From an uncultured Planctomycetia bacterium (lineage in GTDB: Bacteria > Omnitrophota > Gorgyraeia > 2-02-FULL-51-18), in contig CAZXLF010000006.1 in assembly GCA_964642015.1 (NCBI GenBank), positions 58,661 to 122,660 on the forward strand: a stretch of DNA of 64,000 nucleotides. The letters are read 5' to 3'. Positions 20,536-29,042 of the stretch are shown here, one piece after another. Position 1 is the stretch's first letter; every line of letters begins with the position of its first letter. A program made the position numbers and the translations under genes. The notes below the pieces were generated by a model. That model ran no database searches. It saw only the letters and a program-made list of their open reading frames with translations, and was not told the origin of the DNA.

Positions 20536-20556
20536 ATGTTACAGCGAGATTTCAGA
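20536..20556 (-). promoter_or_regulatory. Putative operator (ATGTTACAG-N4-ATTTCAGA on +), copy 1
   Basis: 17/17 specified positions identical to 25060-25080; two hexamers 11 bp apart. Confidence 0.55.
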
Positions 20557-20653
20557 GTTATTAATTGCGGGAAAACAGGGGGTTACTAAAGAAGGATTTT
20601 TACGACTTAAAAATGAGGAGGAGAAATTATAAAATTGTTAATCTTTGTGATGA

Positions 20654-21358
20654 TCACTCATCAATTCGAAGACGATAACCCACGCCGGGCTCGGTAAGGA
20701 TGTATCGGGGTCTGTTGGGATCAGGCTCGATCTTATCTCGAAGATTATTGATCGTAACTCTCACAATGTGTGAAGCATTCGGTGTCTGATCGGATTTGTT
20801 CCAAACCTCCTCCAAAAACTGGCGGTGAGTGATCACTCTGCCGGCATTCATCACGAGGATCTTTAACACATCATACTCTGTAGGAGTCAGCCGAACAGGA
20901 CTTTCATTAAGGCTGGCCGTATGCTTGGCGATGTCGATGGAGATCCCGGCCACATTGAAAACTGTTTGTTCATTTCGAGGTGTAAGGCGCCGCATTACGG
21001 CTCTTAGCCGTGCCAGCATTTCAGCGGCGTCGAAAGGTTTGGTCAGATAATCATCGGCACCCGCATCCAACGCGGCTATCTTATCCGACTGATCCTTCCT
21101 GACTGATAAAATAACTATGGGAGTCCTTGATCGCTTGCGGATCTGGCGCGTCACGTCAAGTCCATCCATATCCGGCAGCCCAAGATCCAGAATAATCGCG
21201 TCGGGATGAGATGAGACAGAATTTTCCAAGGCCTCAGCACCGTCAGAAGCCTCAAAGACTTTGTAGCCATTCGAAAGAAGCGTGGCTTTTAAGAATCTGC
21301 GAATGGTTTTTTCATCATCAACCACAAGCACCCGAAGATTATGGGACACATCCATCAT
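20654..21358 (-). CDS. KdpE-like OmpR-family response regulator
   Basis: VVDDE, LDLGLPDMDG, GADDYLTKPF, LRDKIEPDPNRPRYILTEPGVGYR. Confidence 0.9.
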   Translation of the reverse strand: MMDVSHNLRVLVVDDEKTIRRFLKATLLSNGYKVFEASDGAEALENSVSSHPDAIILDLGLPDMDGLDVTRQIRKRSRTPIVILSVRKDQSDKIAALDAGADDYLTKPFDAAEMLARLRAVMRRLTPRNEQTVFNVAGISIDIAKHTASLNESPVRLTPTEYDVLKILVMNAGRVITHRQFLEEVWNKSDQTPNASHIVRVTINNLRDKIEPDPNRPRYILTEPGVGYRLRIDE

Positions 21359-22479
21359 AGCGCCTTCGCCTCCTCCAATGGCATCAATATCGTAATAACA
21401 GCTCCGCCCTCCGGGTTATTGCCGGCATAGATCTCCCCTCCGTGCGCTTCCACGATCCCTTTGCAAATAGATAAGCCGAGGCCGGTCCCTGTTACGCGTT
21501 TCGGATTAACAGCTCTGTAGAATTTATCAAAAATACGTTTCAGATCCTCTTCCGGAATACCGAATCCGCTGTCCTTAATTTCGATCTTCACTTTTTTCTC
21601 CACGAACCTGGCTATAATCTCGACCGGCGTATAGGGTGATGAGTATTTTAAGGCATTATCTAATAAATTCATCAACACTTCCATCATCAAAGTAAAATCC
21701 ATCGGGATCAAGGGTAGATCTTTGGGAATATCCACACGGATCTGGCGTCTTTCTATCTTGTTATTAAGCTGTTGGAGCGAAGCTCGGACAATATCGATCA
21801 GTTCACAAGGCTCGGATCTCACTTTCAGCGTTCCGGCTTCCACTCGCGTCATTTCAAGAAGGTCATTCACCAGATGGTTCAAACGTCCCGAATCCTCATA
21901 CGCCGTTTCTAGGAGCTCTCTTCGGGACTCCTGGGCCTTAAGCGTCGGATCCTGTAGAAGAACGCTCAAAGTGCCCTTGATCGAAACAAGCGGCGTCCTC
22001 AAATCGTGAGAAATAGAATTAAGAAGCGCTGTCTGCAGTTTTTCCGTCTCGCGCATTAATTCCAGCTTACGGGATTCCTCGTCCAGTTTTTTCTGAAGAT
22101 TGTACATCGCGACCGCTTCGGCCTCTCTTTGCCGGGCCTGAATGGCTTGCTCCCTGGCTTTTGCGGCCAAATTGCTCACCACCAACCCCACAGCTAAAAG
22201 ACCGACAAAGGTAAATATATTTCTGACATCCGCGATTCGGAAAGACATATAAGGGGGACTTAAGAAAAAATCGAATGCCACAGCGCTTAAAATAGAGGTA
22301 ACAATGGCAGGGCCTATGCCCCATCGGACTGCCGAGAAAACAACGATCAATAGATATACCATCACAAAACTTGCCGGATCAAAGTTTGCTTTCAGATAAA
22401 TCCCGAAAAGAGACGTGAGGATCACAAGTCCCGCGGCGAAAAAATATTGATAGAAATTGCCCATTAATCTTTTTTGCAT
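21355..22479 (-). CDS. Minimal KdpD-like sensor histidine kinase (DUF4118 + HisKA + HATPase)
   Basis: 4 TM with FDFFLSPPYMSF; SISHDLRTPL H-box; NLLDNALKYS, GTGLGLSIC. Confidence 0.85.
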   Translation of the reverse strand: MQKRLMGNFYQYFFAAGLVILTSLFGIYLKANFDPASFVMVYLLIVVFSAVRWGIGPAIVTSILSAVAFDFFLSPPYMSFRIADVRNIFTFVGLLAVGLVVSNLAAKAREQAIQARQREAEAVAMYNLQKKLDEESRKLELMRETEKLQTALLNSISHDLRTPLVSIKGTLSVLLQDPTLKAQESRRELLETAYEDSGRLNHLVNDLLEMTRVEAGTLKVRSEPCELIDIVRASLQQLNNKIERRQIRVDIPKDLPLIPMDFTLMMEVLMNLLDNALKYSSPYTPVEIIARFVEKKVKIEIKDSGFGIPEEDLKRIFDKFYRAVNPKRVTGTGLGLSICKGIVEAHGGEIYAGNNPEGGAVITILMPLEEAKAL

Positions 22480-22543
22480 GAATTATGGTATTTTAACTCC
22501 AAATACTCCACCAACAAGGATAATCCTAAATAACAAAACCCAG

Positions 22544-22581
22544 TAAAAAGCCGCAAGGAGTTTTTTCCTTGCGGCTTTTTA
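22544..22581. terminator. Bidirectional terminator
   Basis: taaaaagccgcaagga/tccttgcggcttttta. Confidence 0.8.
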
Positions 22582-22612
22582 TACCCGAAAACCGGAAATG
22601 CGTGATCTTTAA

Positions 22613-23011
22613 TTAGATCGCTTTGATTCCGCGTTCGCCGGAGCTGATACGAACAACATCTTTGACATCATAGACAAAGATCTTTCCATCGCCGGGCTGG
22701 CCGGTCCAGGCAGCTTTGGAAACCGCCTGAATGATCGACTCAAGGTTAGCCTCAGGCACCACGATCTCGAGTCTCATCTTTGGAAGCATTTCCATTCTGA
22801 AACTCGTATCCTCAGACTTCTTGGACAACCCTTTTTGGTTTCCATGGCCTTCAACCTGTGAAACCGTCATACCAAAATAACCGGCTGTCTTAAGCGCCTG
22901 CTTTACGGCGTCGAGCTTTCCCGGCTTGATGATCACTTCAAGCTTTTTAACGGCTGAAGTGCTCTGTCCGGCACCTGTTGAATTATTAGACTTTGTTAAA
23001 ACGTCCGACAT
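22613..23011 (-). CDS. PII-family protein (PII-3) with N-terminal extension and Phe at position 51
   Basis: KKLEVIIKPGK, GMTVSQVEGHGNQKG, LPKMRLEI, PGDGKIF, SGERG; GGAGGA SD. Confidence 0.9.
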   Translation of the reverse strand: MSDVLTKSNNSTGAGQSTSAVKKLEVIIKPGKLDAVKQALKTAGYFGMTVSQVEGHGNQKGLSKKSEDTSFRMEMLPKMRLEIVVPEANLESIIQAVSKAAWTGQPGDGKIFVYDVKDVVRISSGERGIKAI

Positions 23012-23045
23012 GATTATTTCCCTCCTCCATCACTTTGATATTCGT

Positions 23046-24974
23046 TTAAAGCGCGTACACGCCTCTTTCGCCGGTGCGGATACGCAAAGCGCTCGATGCC
23101 TCAAGCACGATAATCTTACCATCCCCTATTCCGCCGGTACGCGTTGCCTCTGTGATCACTTCCATCGTCCTATCCACATCCCAATCCCTGACGAGTATCT
23201 CTACTTTGGATTTAGGAAGAAATCGAATCGTGTCTTCCGAGCTGGCGACCCCATTTGTATCACCTTTCTGGCGGCCAAACCCACGCACATCCGTCACGGT
23301 CATGCCCATTACCAGATTGTGCTGTTTGAGCGCTGAGACGATATCACCCAACTGTTCGGGACGGATCACGCAAGTGACCAGTCGAACACGGTAGGTTTTC
23401 TGCAAGCTGGTAACTGCGACATAAAGCAAGCTGATCAAAGCCCAAGCGCCCGCGATCACAAAGCAGATCTTCGCTTCATTTTTGGCATCGGCATTTCCAA
23501 TAATGTAAAGATAGAGAATTGCCCCGGCCATGATAACGTTCGTAATGACTCCGAGCGCAGGAATAATGCCGTGTTTCAAAAGATTAAAATCTTTCCGGCC
23601 TTTGAACGCGACTATTGTCCAAACACAAGTTAGTCCATATAGAATAAAGGTGCCCAAGTTCGAAGCCAGCGTAATTCCAGTCAGACCCACGACTGATCTC
23701 ACACCGACCGCGGCGATCAGTGAAGAAACCACCACTAATACCCAAAGCGCTGTGTGAGGTGTGCTGAATTTTCCGTGCATAAATCCAAGGAATTCGGGCA
23801 ACTCCCTATCCTCGGCCATGCCGCAAGTTACACGAACCGCTGTATTCATACAGCTTAGTGTCGTGCCAACGATCGCAATGGCGACGGTAATAGCTATGGT
23901 GATCATAAAGCCAAAGCCAATACCGGGAAGCACATGATCACCCAAAAGTTTGGCCAAGTCACCGATCGGAGCGCTCGACGCAGCGGCAGCGGCCATTCCT
24001 GTCACTGCGGCTGCGGGAACCGCTGCTACCGCGGGTGTTGTAGCAGTTGCTGCGACTGCGGCCACCGCAGGAGTGGTACCAGTCAATTTCTCACTGAGCA
24101 TAAAACCTGTCGCGAAGTATTCGAAAAGATAAGCAATTGCACCTTGAACAATAAGAGCGAGAATGATGGCTTTAGGAATGGTTGTTTCGGGATTCTTTGT
24201 TTCAGCAGACAAGGCCGTACAGCTCTCAAAACCGACCAAGATAAGAATCGCAACAGTCGATTGTACCAAAACACCTTGGAGCGAATGCGGTTTAACAACA
24301 TCCCAAGCACCACTGAAAACCCACTGAGTAGCATGCTCAGGGTTCGCAAAACGATAATAAATCGCCAAACCGCTGAAAACCACCAAACTCACCCATTGGA
24401 TCACGTTGATCCAAATGTTGGTGACCGTGGATCCTGTCACTCCGCGATAAGCAATGTATCCCGTGGCTAAAGCGAACACTCCACCGATGATCGTCAATTC
24501 CGTATTTGATAATGTTTTGCCGGTAAATTGGGTATAGATGTATCCGATCAATGTTGCCATGAAAGCAACCATAACGCCTGGATAGACCCAATAGAACAGA
24601 TGCGCGGCCCAACCAGTGAAAAGTTTGCTGACGCGGGCGATAGAAGTGGGTCCGTGATCCTTTACTTTACCTTGGCGATCCAAGAAAGCTTTTTCGGCAA
24701 AATATGCGCAGCTCGCAAAACCCGCTTCTGGATAGATCTTCGCGAGTTGAGCATAAGATAAAGCCGTAAGAAATGCGACCGCCAACGCAGCAATAATGCC
24801 GAACCAAATATCGCTGGCTACTGAAGCGCCGCTTGGAGCTGTCGCAGCCGCCTGCAACTGATATGTGATCCACAAAAACGCCCCTGGCGCGATCAACGCC
24901 ATCGCATTCATTGTGGCGCCCATCAATCCCAGGGTCGGTTTTAAGGTTCTTGAACTAACTTCTGTCTGTGCCAT
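23046..24974 (-). CDS. APC-family amino acid/amine permease fused to a C-terminal PII domain (PII-4)
   Basis: APC motifs (IAPGAF, SYAQLAKIYPEAG, GFESCTALSAETKNP, F..MHGKFSTP) followed in frame by VIRPEQ..GMTVTDVRGFGRQKG..FLPKSKVE..TGGIGDGKI..RIRTGERG. Confidence 0.9.
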   Translation of the reverse strand: MAQTEVSSRTLKPTLGLMGATMNAMALIAPGAFLWITYQLQAAATAPSGASVASDIWFGIIAALAVAFLTALSYAQLAKIYPEAGFASCAYFAEKAFLDRQGKVKDHGPTSIARVSKLFTGWAAHLFYWVYPGVMVAFMATLIGYIYTQFTGKTLSNTELTIIGGVFALATGYIAYRGVTGSTVTNIWINVIQWVSLVVFSGLAIYYRFANPEHATQWVFSGAWDVVKPHSLQGVLVQSTVAILILVGFESCTALSAETKNPETTIPKAIILALIVQGAIAYLFEYFATGFMLSEKLTGTTPAVAAVAATATTPAVAAVPAAAVTGMAAAAASSAPIGDLAKLLGDHVLPGIGFGFMITIAITVAIAIVGTTLSCMNTAVRVTCGMAEDRELPEFLGFMHGKFSTPHTALWVLVVVSSLIAAVGVRSVVGLTGITLASNLGTFILYGLTCVWTIVAFKGRKDFNLLKHGIIPALGVITNVIMAGAILYLYIIGNADAKNEAKICFVIAGAWALISLLYVAVTSLQKTYRVRLVTCVIRPEQLGDIVSALKQHNLVMGMTVTDVRGFGRQKGDTNGVASSEDTIRFLPKSKVEILVRDWDVDRTMEVITEATRTGGIGDGKIIVLEASSALRIRTGERGVYAL

Positions 24975-25059
24975 TTAATCCCCCTTTTTTGTTTCCAATC
25001 CATTCGACTTTCAAATAAAAACCTAACGATTATTTTGATGGGAAAATGATACCTTTGAG

Positions 25060-25080
25060 ATGTTACAGACACATTTCAGA
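25060..25080 (-). promoter_or_regulatory. Putative operator, copy 2
   Basis: atgttacag-acac-atttcaga, 86 bp upstream of the APC-PII start. Confidence 0.55.
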
Positions 25081-25372
25081 CAATTTAAGGGTAGTGAAAA
25101 ATTGAGTTATTAAGATATTATAATTTTAGTTAATATTTTTAAATTATAGTGTTTATTAAATATGCCGCTTGATGACCTGTAAGCTCTTTTTATGTGTCTT
25201 GTTACATTTCAAAGCTCTTATTTTAAGATTTATGAGATCAATTTTTTCTAAATTTTAATAACAAGATGTGTTCTTGGGCAGGGAGTTTTATTACCTATTC
25301 ATCGAGAAAATTAACTTAAGATTTTTCGTGAAATGAATACTTTATCTATAATATCCGTAATCTGAGGGGTAC

Positions 25373-26695
25373 TTAGGCTAGAACTTTACGGTCTTTCAGC
25401 ATGTTATCATAAAATCCGGAAAGCGCTTGATAGAGATGTTTGGCCCTGAAAATTCGCGCCACCATATAACCAATAAGCGCTGAAAGCATGATCGGAAGAA
25501 GCATCTGATGATGTCCGGTCATCTCATAGATGATCACAAATGAAGTAATAGGCGCCTGGATCGCTCCGGAAAGAAAAGCCGCCATACCCATCACGGCGCA
25601 AGTCGCGATAGGTCCGTTTTGCCAAGATGCCGCCCATGCTCCGATAGCTGAACCCATCGATAGACATGGGGCAAAAATACCTCCCGCGATGCCGGACCAA
25701 TAAGTAAAAAGAGTCGCGCCCATTTTGGATGCCGCGAATAAACCTGGCGCGTTCTCGGTAGTCCCGTGCAAATAATTTTGCGCTACCAGATTTCCCGGTC
25801 CCATGATCCCTTTCATTCCGGTAGCAACCGCCAAAAAAAGGACCGCCCAGGCAAGAAACGTGATGAACATATACCGCTTCCATCCTTTTATCGCCATCAA
25901 ACGCCGCCTTCCTTCTACTAGAAACACCGAAAAAAAAGTGCCCCCTGCCCCGCCTATCACGCCAACGATAAGAATCATGATGATAGTAACAGATCCTGGT
26001 TCACTGAGATGTCCAAAATAGATATATTCTCCAGTCAATGTCTTTGCAGCAAGGCCGGCAACAATAATCGCCATTAAAACCATATCCTTGATACTGGCGA
26101 AATAATCCGATGAAAGCTCTTCGATCGCGAAAGTTACCCCTGCCAATGGCGTGTTAAAAGCCGCCGCCAATCCGGCTGCGCCGCCCGCCACCACAGCTGA
26201 ACGCATATTGAACGGCAATTTTAAAACACGGTGCAACGCCAAAGTGATCCCAAAAAACAAACACGCCGCAATATGGACTGTCGGGCCTTCACGTCCCGTA
26301 GAAGCACCGGCCCACAATCCGATCAAGAGAGCTGCTATTTTGATCGCCATCGTCTTGAACGAAACCAGGGGTTTTAAATCCTCAAAGTTCGAATCATTGA
26401 TATGTTTGGCCGCGAAAATAGTCTGCGGGATCCCGGCTCCGTCGGCACAAGGTGCCAAATATCGGATGAGTTCAATGGCCATAACAAAAAGGATGGGTGT
26501 CGTCACCCAACACCATAGCCCTATCCGCTGAGGATCCAAGCGATGGATATATACAAATTCAAAGGCACGCATGAATAGCACACAAACCATGCCTGTTAAT
26601 ACGGCCGCCCCTAAGTATATTCCTAAGCTGAGACCATAACGGTGGGTGAATAATTTCTTATAAAATTTATCGACTATAGCGAATGAGCGGGTCAT
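25373..26695 (-). CDS. ClC-family chloride channel/H+ antiporter
   Basis: GAGIP, GREGP, AAFNTPLAG..FAIEE, GGIFAP, EMTG, terminal LY. Confidence 0.92.
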   Translation of the reverse strand: MTRSFAIVDKFYKKLFTHRYGLSLGIYLGAAVLTGMVCVLFMRAFEFVYIHRLDPQRIGLWCWVTTPILFVMAIELIRYLAPCADGAGIPQTIFAAKHINDSNFEDLKPLVSFKTMAIKIAALLIGLWAGASTGREGPTVHIAACLFFGITLALHRVLKLPFNMRSAVVAGGAAGLAAAFNTPLAGVTFAIEELSSDYFASIKDMVLMAIIVAGLAAKTLTGEYIYFGHLSEPGSVTIIMILIVGVIGGAGGTFFSVFLVEGRRRLMAIKGWKRYMFITFLAWAVLFLAVATGMKGIMGPGNLVAQNYLHGTTENAPGLFAASKMGATLFTYWSGIAGGIFAPCLSMGSAIGAWAASWQNGPIATCAVMGMAAFLSGAIQAPITSFVIIYEMTGHHQMLLPIMLSALIGYMVARIFRAKHLYQALSGFYDNMLKDRKVLA

Positions 26696-26768
26696 TAATT
26701 GTTAATTTTACCATATTTATGTTAAACCGACATTCAATAATTGGGCTATATGGATATTCGCCTGGTAT

Positions 26769-26796
26769 TTGACTTTTGAAAGCAAAGGTGTAGAAT
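26769..26796 (+). promoter_or_regulatory. sigma70-like promoter upstream of the riboswitch
   Basis: TTGACT-16 nt-TAGAAT. Confidence 0.6.
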
Positions 26797-26811
26797 ACCG
26801 TTTTTATTTGC

Positions 26812-26935
26812 AGCGCCGAACCGGCCATAATATCCGGGCGGGGAACCCAAAGATTTACCGGGGCGAATCACTCATTCAAAGGTGACAGGTATTAAAACTT
26901 TTCGACCTGAGCCCGGCAGCTAACCTCGCAGGCGG
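26812..26935 (+). ncRNA. c-di-AMP (ydaO/yuaA) riboswitch
   Basis: Ordered blocks GCGCCGAA..CGGGGAACCC..GGGGCGAATC..CAGGT..ACCTGAGCCCGGCAGCTAACCTCGCAGGCG match the ydaO consensus; lies in the 5' UTR of a KimA homolog, the classic context. Confidence 0.85.
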
Positions 26936-26957
26936 ACGTAAAAGGAGTATTGAAAGC

Positions 26958-29015
26958 ATGTCTTCTGAAAACACTTCCGAGAACGTTCCTCCACCGGCTT
27001 GGTCTAACTTAAAGAAAACGCTTTTCGGCCCAGCCAGAAATCTTAACGATCCGTCGCTAGGCCACAAACTATCATTGATTGCTTTTTTCGCCTGGGTAGG
27101 CTTGGGAGCCGACGGCTTGTCTTCCTCAGCGTATGGACCTGAAGAAGCTTATCGGGCTTTGGGAAGTCACACGTATCTTGCGATATTCCTTGTTCTCGCA
27201 ACAGCCCTTACCGTTTTTGTTATCTCCTACACGTACGGCAAGATCATTGAACATTTTCCGGTCGGCGGAGGCGGTTATATTGTAGCCACAAATCTGCTTG
27301 GAAAACCGGCTGGCGTAGTTTCCGGGTGTGCTCTTTTCGTGGATTATATCCTAACGATCACTGTTTCGATCGCTGGCGGCGGCGATGCGTTATTCAGCTT
27401 GCTTCCGGCGGAACTTCGGCCGTTAAAACTACCGATCGAATTCATCGCGATCATTTTTCTGATCATCATGAACCTGCGCGGCGTCAAAGAATCGGTGACG
27501 GTTCTGATGCCGATATTCCTCACCTTTGTCGCGACCCATTTTATTTTAATATTCGGCGGCATCTTTGCGCACACTTACGATATTCATGCTGTGACTGACA
27601 ATGTGCAGCAGGGTCTTCAGTCAGGCGCTAAAGAACTGGGAATACTTGGCTTGTTCTTGGTCTTTTTGCGCGCCTATTCGCTGGGCGGCGGAACTTATAC
27701 GGGTATCGAAGCTGTTTCCAACGGTGTCAGCATTCTGCGCGAACCGCGGGTCAAAACCGGAAAACGTACGATGCTTTATATGGCGCTATCACTCGCTTTG
27801 ACCGCCGGCGGACTTTTGTTGTGCTACATGTTGGCCGGAGTAAAACCGACCGAAGGCCAAACGCTTAATACCGTTCTTTCGATGCAGCTTTTCTATGGAC
27901 TAAAATGGGGCGCTCTGCCTCTTGGACACTGGTTCGTCCTGGTCACAATATCTTCCGAAGCGATCCTTTTACTTGTTGCGGCTCAGACAGGTTTTATTGA
28001 CGGGCCGCGGGTCCTTTCGAATATGTCTCACGACGGCTGGGTGCCAAAAAGTTTTGCCGCGCTATCCGACCGTCTGACGATGCAGAACGGTATTTTCCTG
28101 ATAGGACTGGCTTCTATCGCTACTTTGGCTTACACCAAAGGGCATATCGGGATCCTCGTCGTCATGTACAGTATCAATGTGTTCGTGACATTTTCTCTTT
28201 CACAGCTAGGCATGATGCGATTTTGGATATCGCACCGCGAGAATGAAAAAAAATGGCTGCGCGAGTTAACGATCCACCTGACAGGATTCATCCTTTGTTT
28301 TTCGATCCTTTGGGTCATGATCGTGGAAAAATTCATGGAGGGCGCATGGATGACACTGATCATCACGCTGCTCTGCATCGCGCTCTGTTTTATCATCAAA
28401 CGCCACTATGATAATGTGCGCCGGAAGATCGTGGAGATCGACCGTGTTTTTTCACATTTACATTCACTGCCCGACGCGCCTACAAAACCCGAATTTAATC
28501 CGGAAAAACCCACGGCCGTGATCCTCGTCGGCGGCTACAGCGGTCTGGGTATCCATATTTTCCTGAACATCTTCCGCCTTTTTCCGAACACGTTCAAGAA
28601 TGTCGTCTTTGTCAGCGTAACAACCGTCGACTCTGATTTTTTCAAGGAAAGCGGCGAACAGCTCCACCATATGAATGAAAAAACGTATGCGATGCTGGAT
28701 AAATATGTCCGTTTTTCAGAGAAAATGGGCATTCCGGCGCGGGCTGAGTACAGCGCAGGCACCGATGTGGTTGAGTCCGTTTCTCAACTTTGCGTGGAAA
28801 TTTCGAAGAAATATTCTCACGCTGTCTTCTTTGTGGGTGAGCTTGTTTTCGAAAGAACCCAGTGGTACCACCGGATCCTTCATAACGAAACCGCGAACGC
28901 CATCCTTCGAAGGATCCGCTTTGCGGGTCTTCCGATGGTGATGATCCCGGCAAGAATTTCGGACAAAAAGATCTTTTCTAAACAGCAGGTGCCGTCTACG
29001 CCTATTTCAGCATAG
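26958..29015 (+). CDS. KimA-like APC-superfamily K+ importer (paralog 2)
   Basis: ADGLSSSAYGPEE, FVDYILT, TGIEAVSNG; AAGGAG SD; riboswitch upstream. Confidence 0.85.
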   Translation: MSSENTSENVPPPAWSNLKKTLFGPARNLNDPSLGHKLSLIAFFAWVGLGADGLSSSAYGPEEAYRALGSHTYLAIFLVLATALTVFVISYTYGKIIEHFPVGGGGYIVATNLLGKPAGVVSGCALFVDYILTITVSIAGGGDALFSLLPAELRPLKLPIEFIAIIFLIIMNLRGVKESVTVLMPIFLTFVATHFILIFGGIFAHTYDIHAVTDNVQQGLQSGAKELGILGLFLVFLRAYSLGGGTYTGIEAVSNGVSILREPRVKTGKRTMLYMALSLALTAGGLLLCYMLAGVKPTEGQTLNTVLSMQLFYGLKWGALPLGHWFVLVTISSEAILLLVAAQTGFIDGPRVLSNMSHDGWVPKSFAALSDRLTMQNGIFLIGLASIATLAYTKGHIGILVVMYSINVFVTFSLSQLGMMRFWISHRENEKKWLRELTIHLTGFILCFSILWVMIVEKFMEGAWMTLIITLLCIALCFIIKRHYDNVRRKIVEIDRVFSHLHSLPDAPTKPEFNPEKPTAVILVGGYSGLGIHIFLNIFRLFPNTFKNVVFVSVTTVDSDFFKESGEQLHHMNEKTYAMLDKYVRFSEKMGIPARAEYSAGTDVVESVSQLCVEISKKYSHAVFFVGELVFERTQWYHRILHNETANAILRRIRFAGLPMVMIPARISDKKIFSKQQVPSTPISA

Positions 29016-29042
29016 ACTTCATTCAGACAAAAATTCAAAAGA

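Noticed and set aside
20526-20543. Possible TnrA/GlnR or NtcA box upstream of XRE-amt-glnK
   Set aside because: tgacatttaaatgtta is a near-palindrome but does not fit TGTNA-N7-TNACA or GTA-N8-TAC
23934-24470. Cys-rich + strand ORF
   Set aside because: Artefact of antisense reading of the Ala-rich loop of the APC-PII gene
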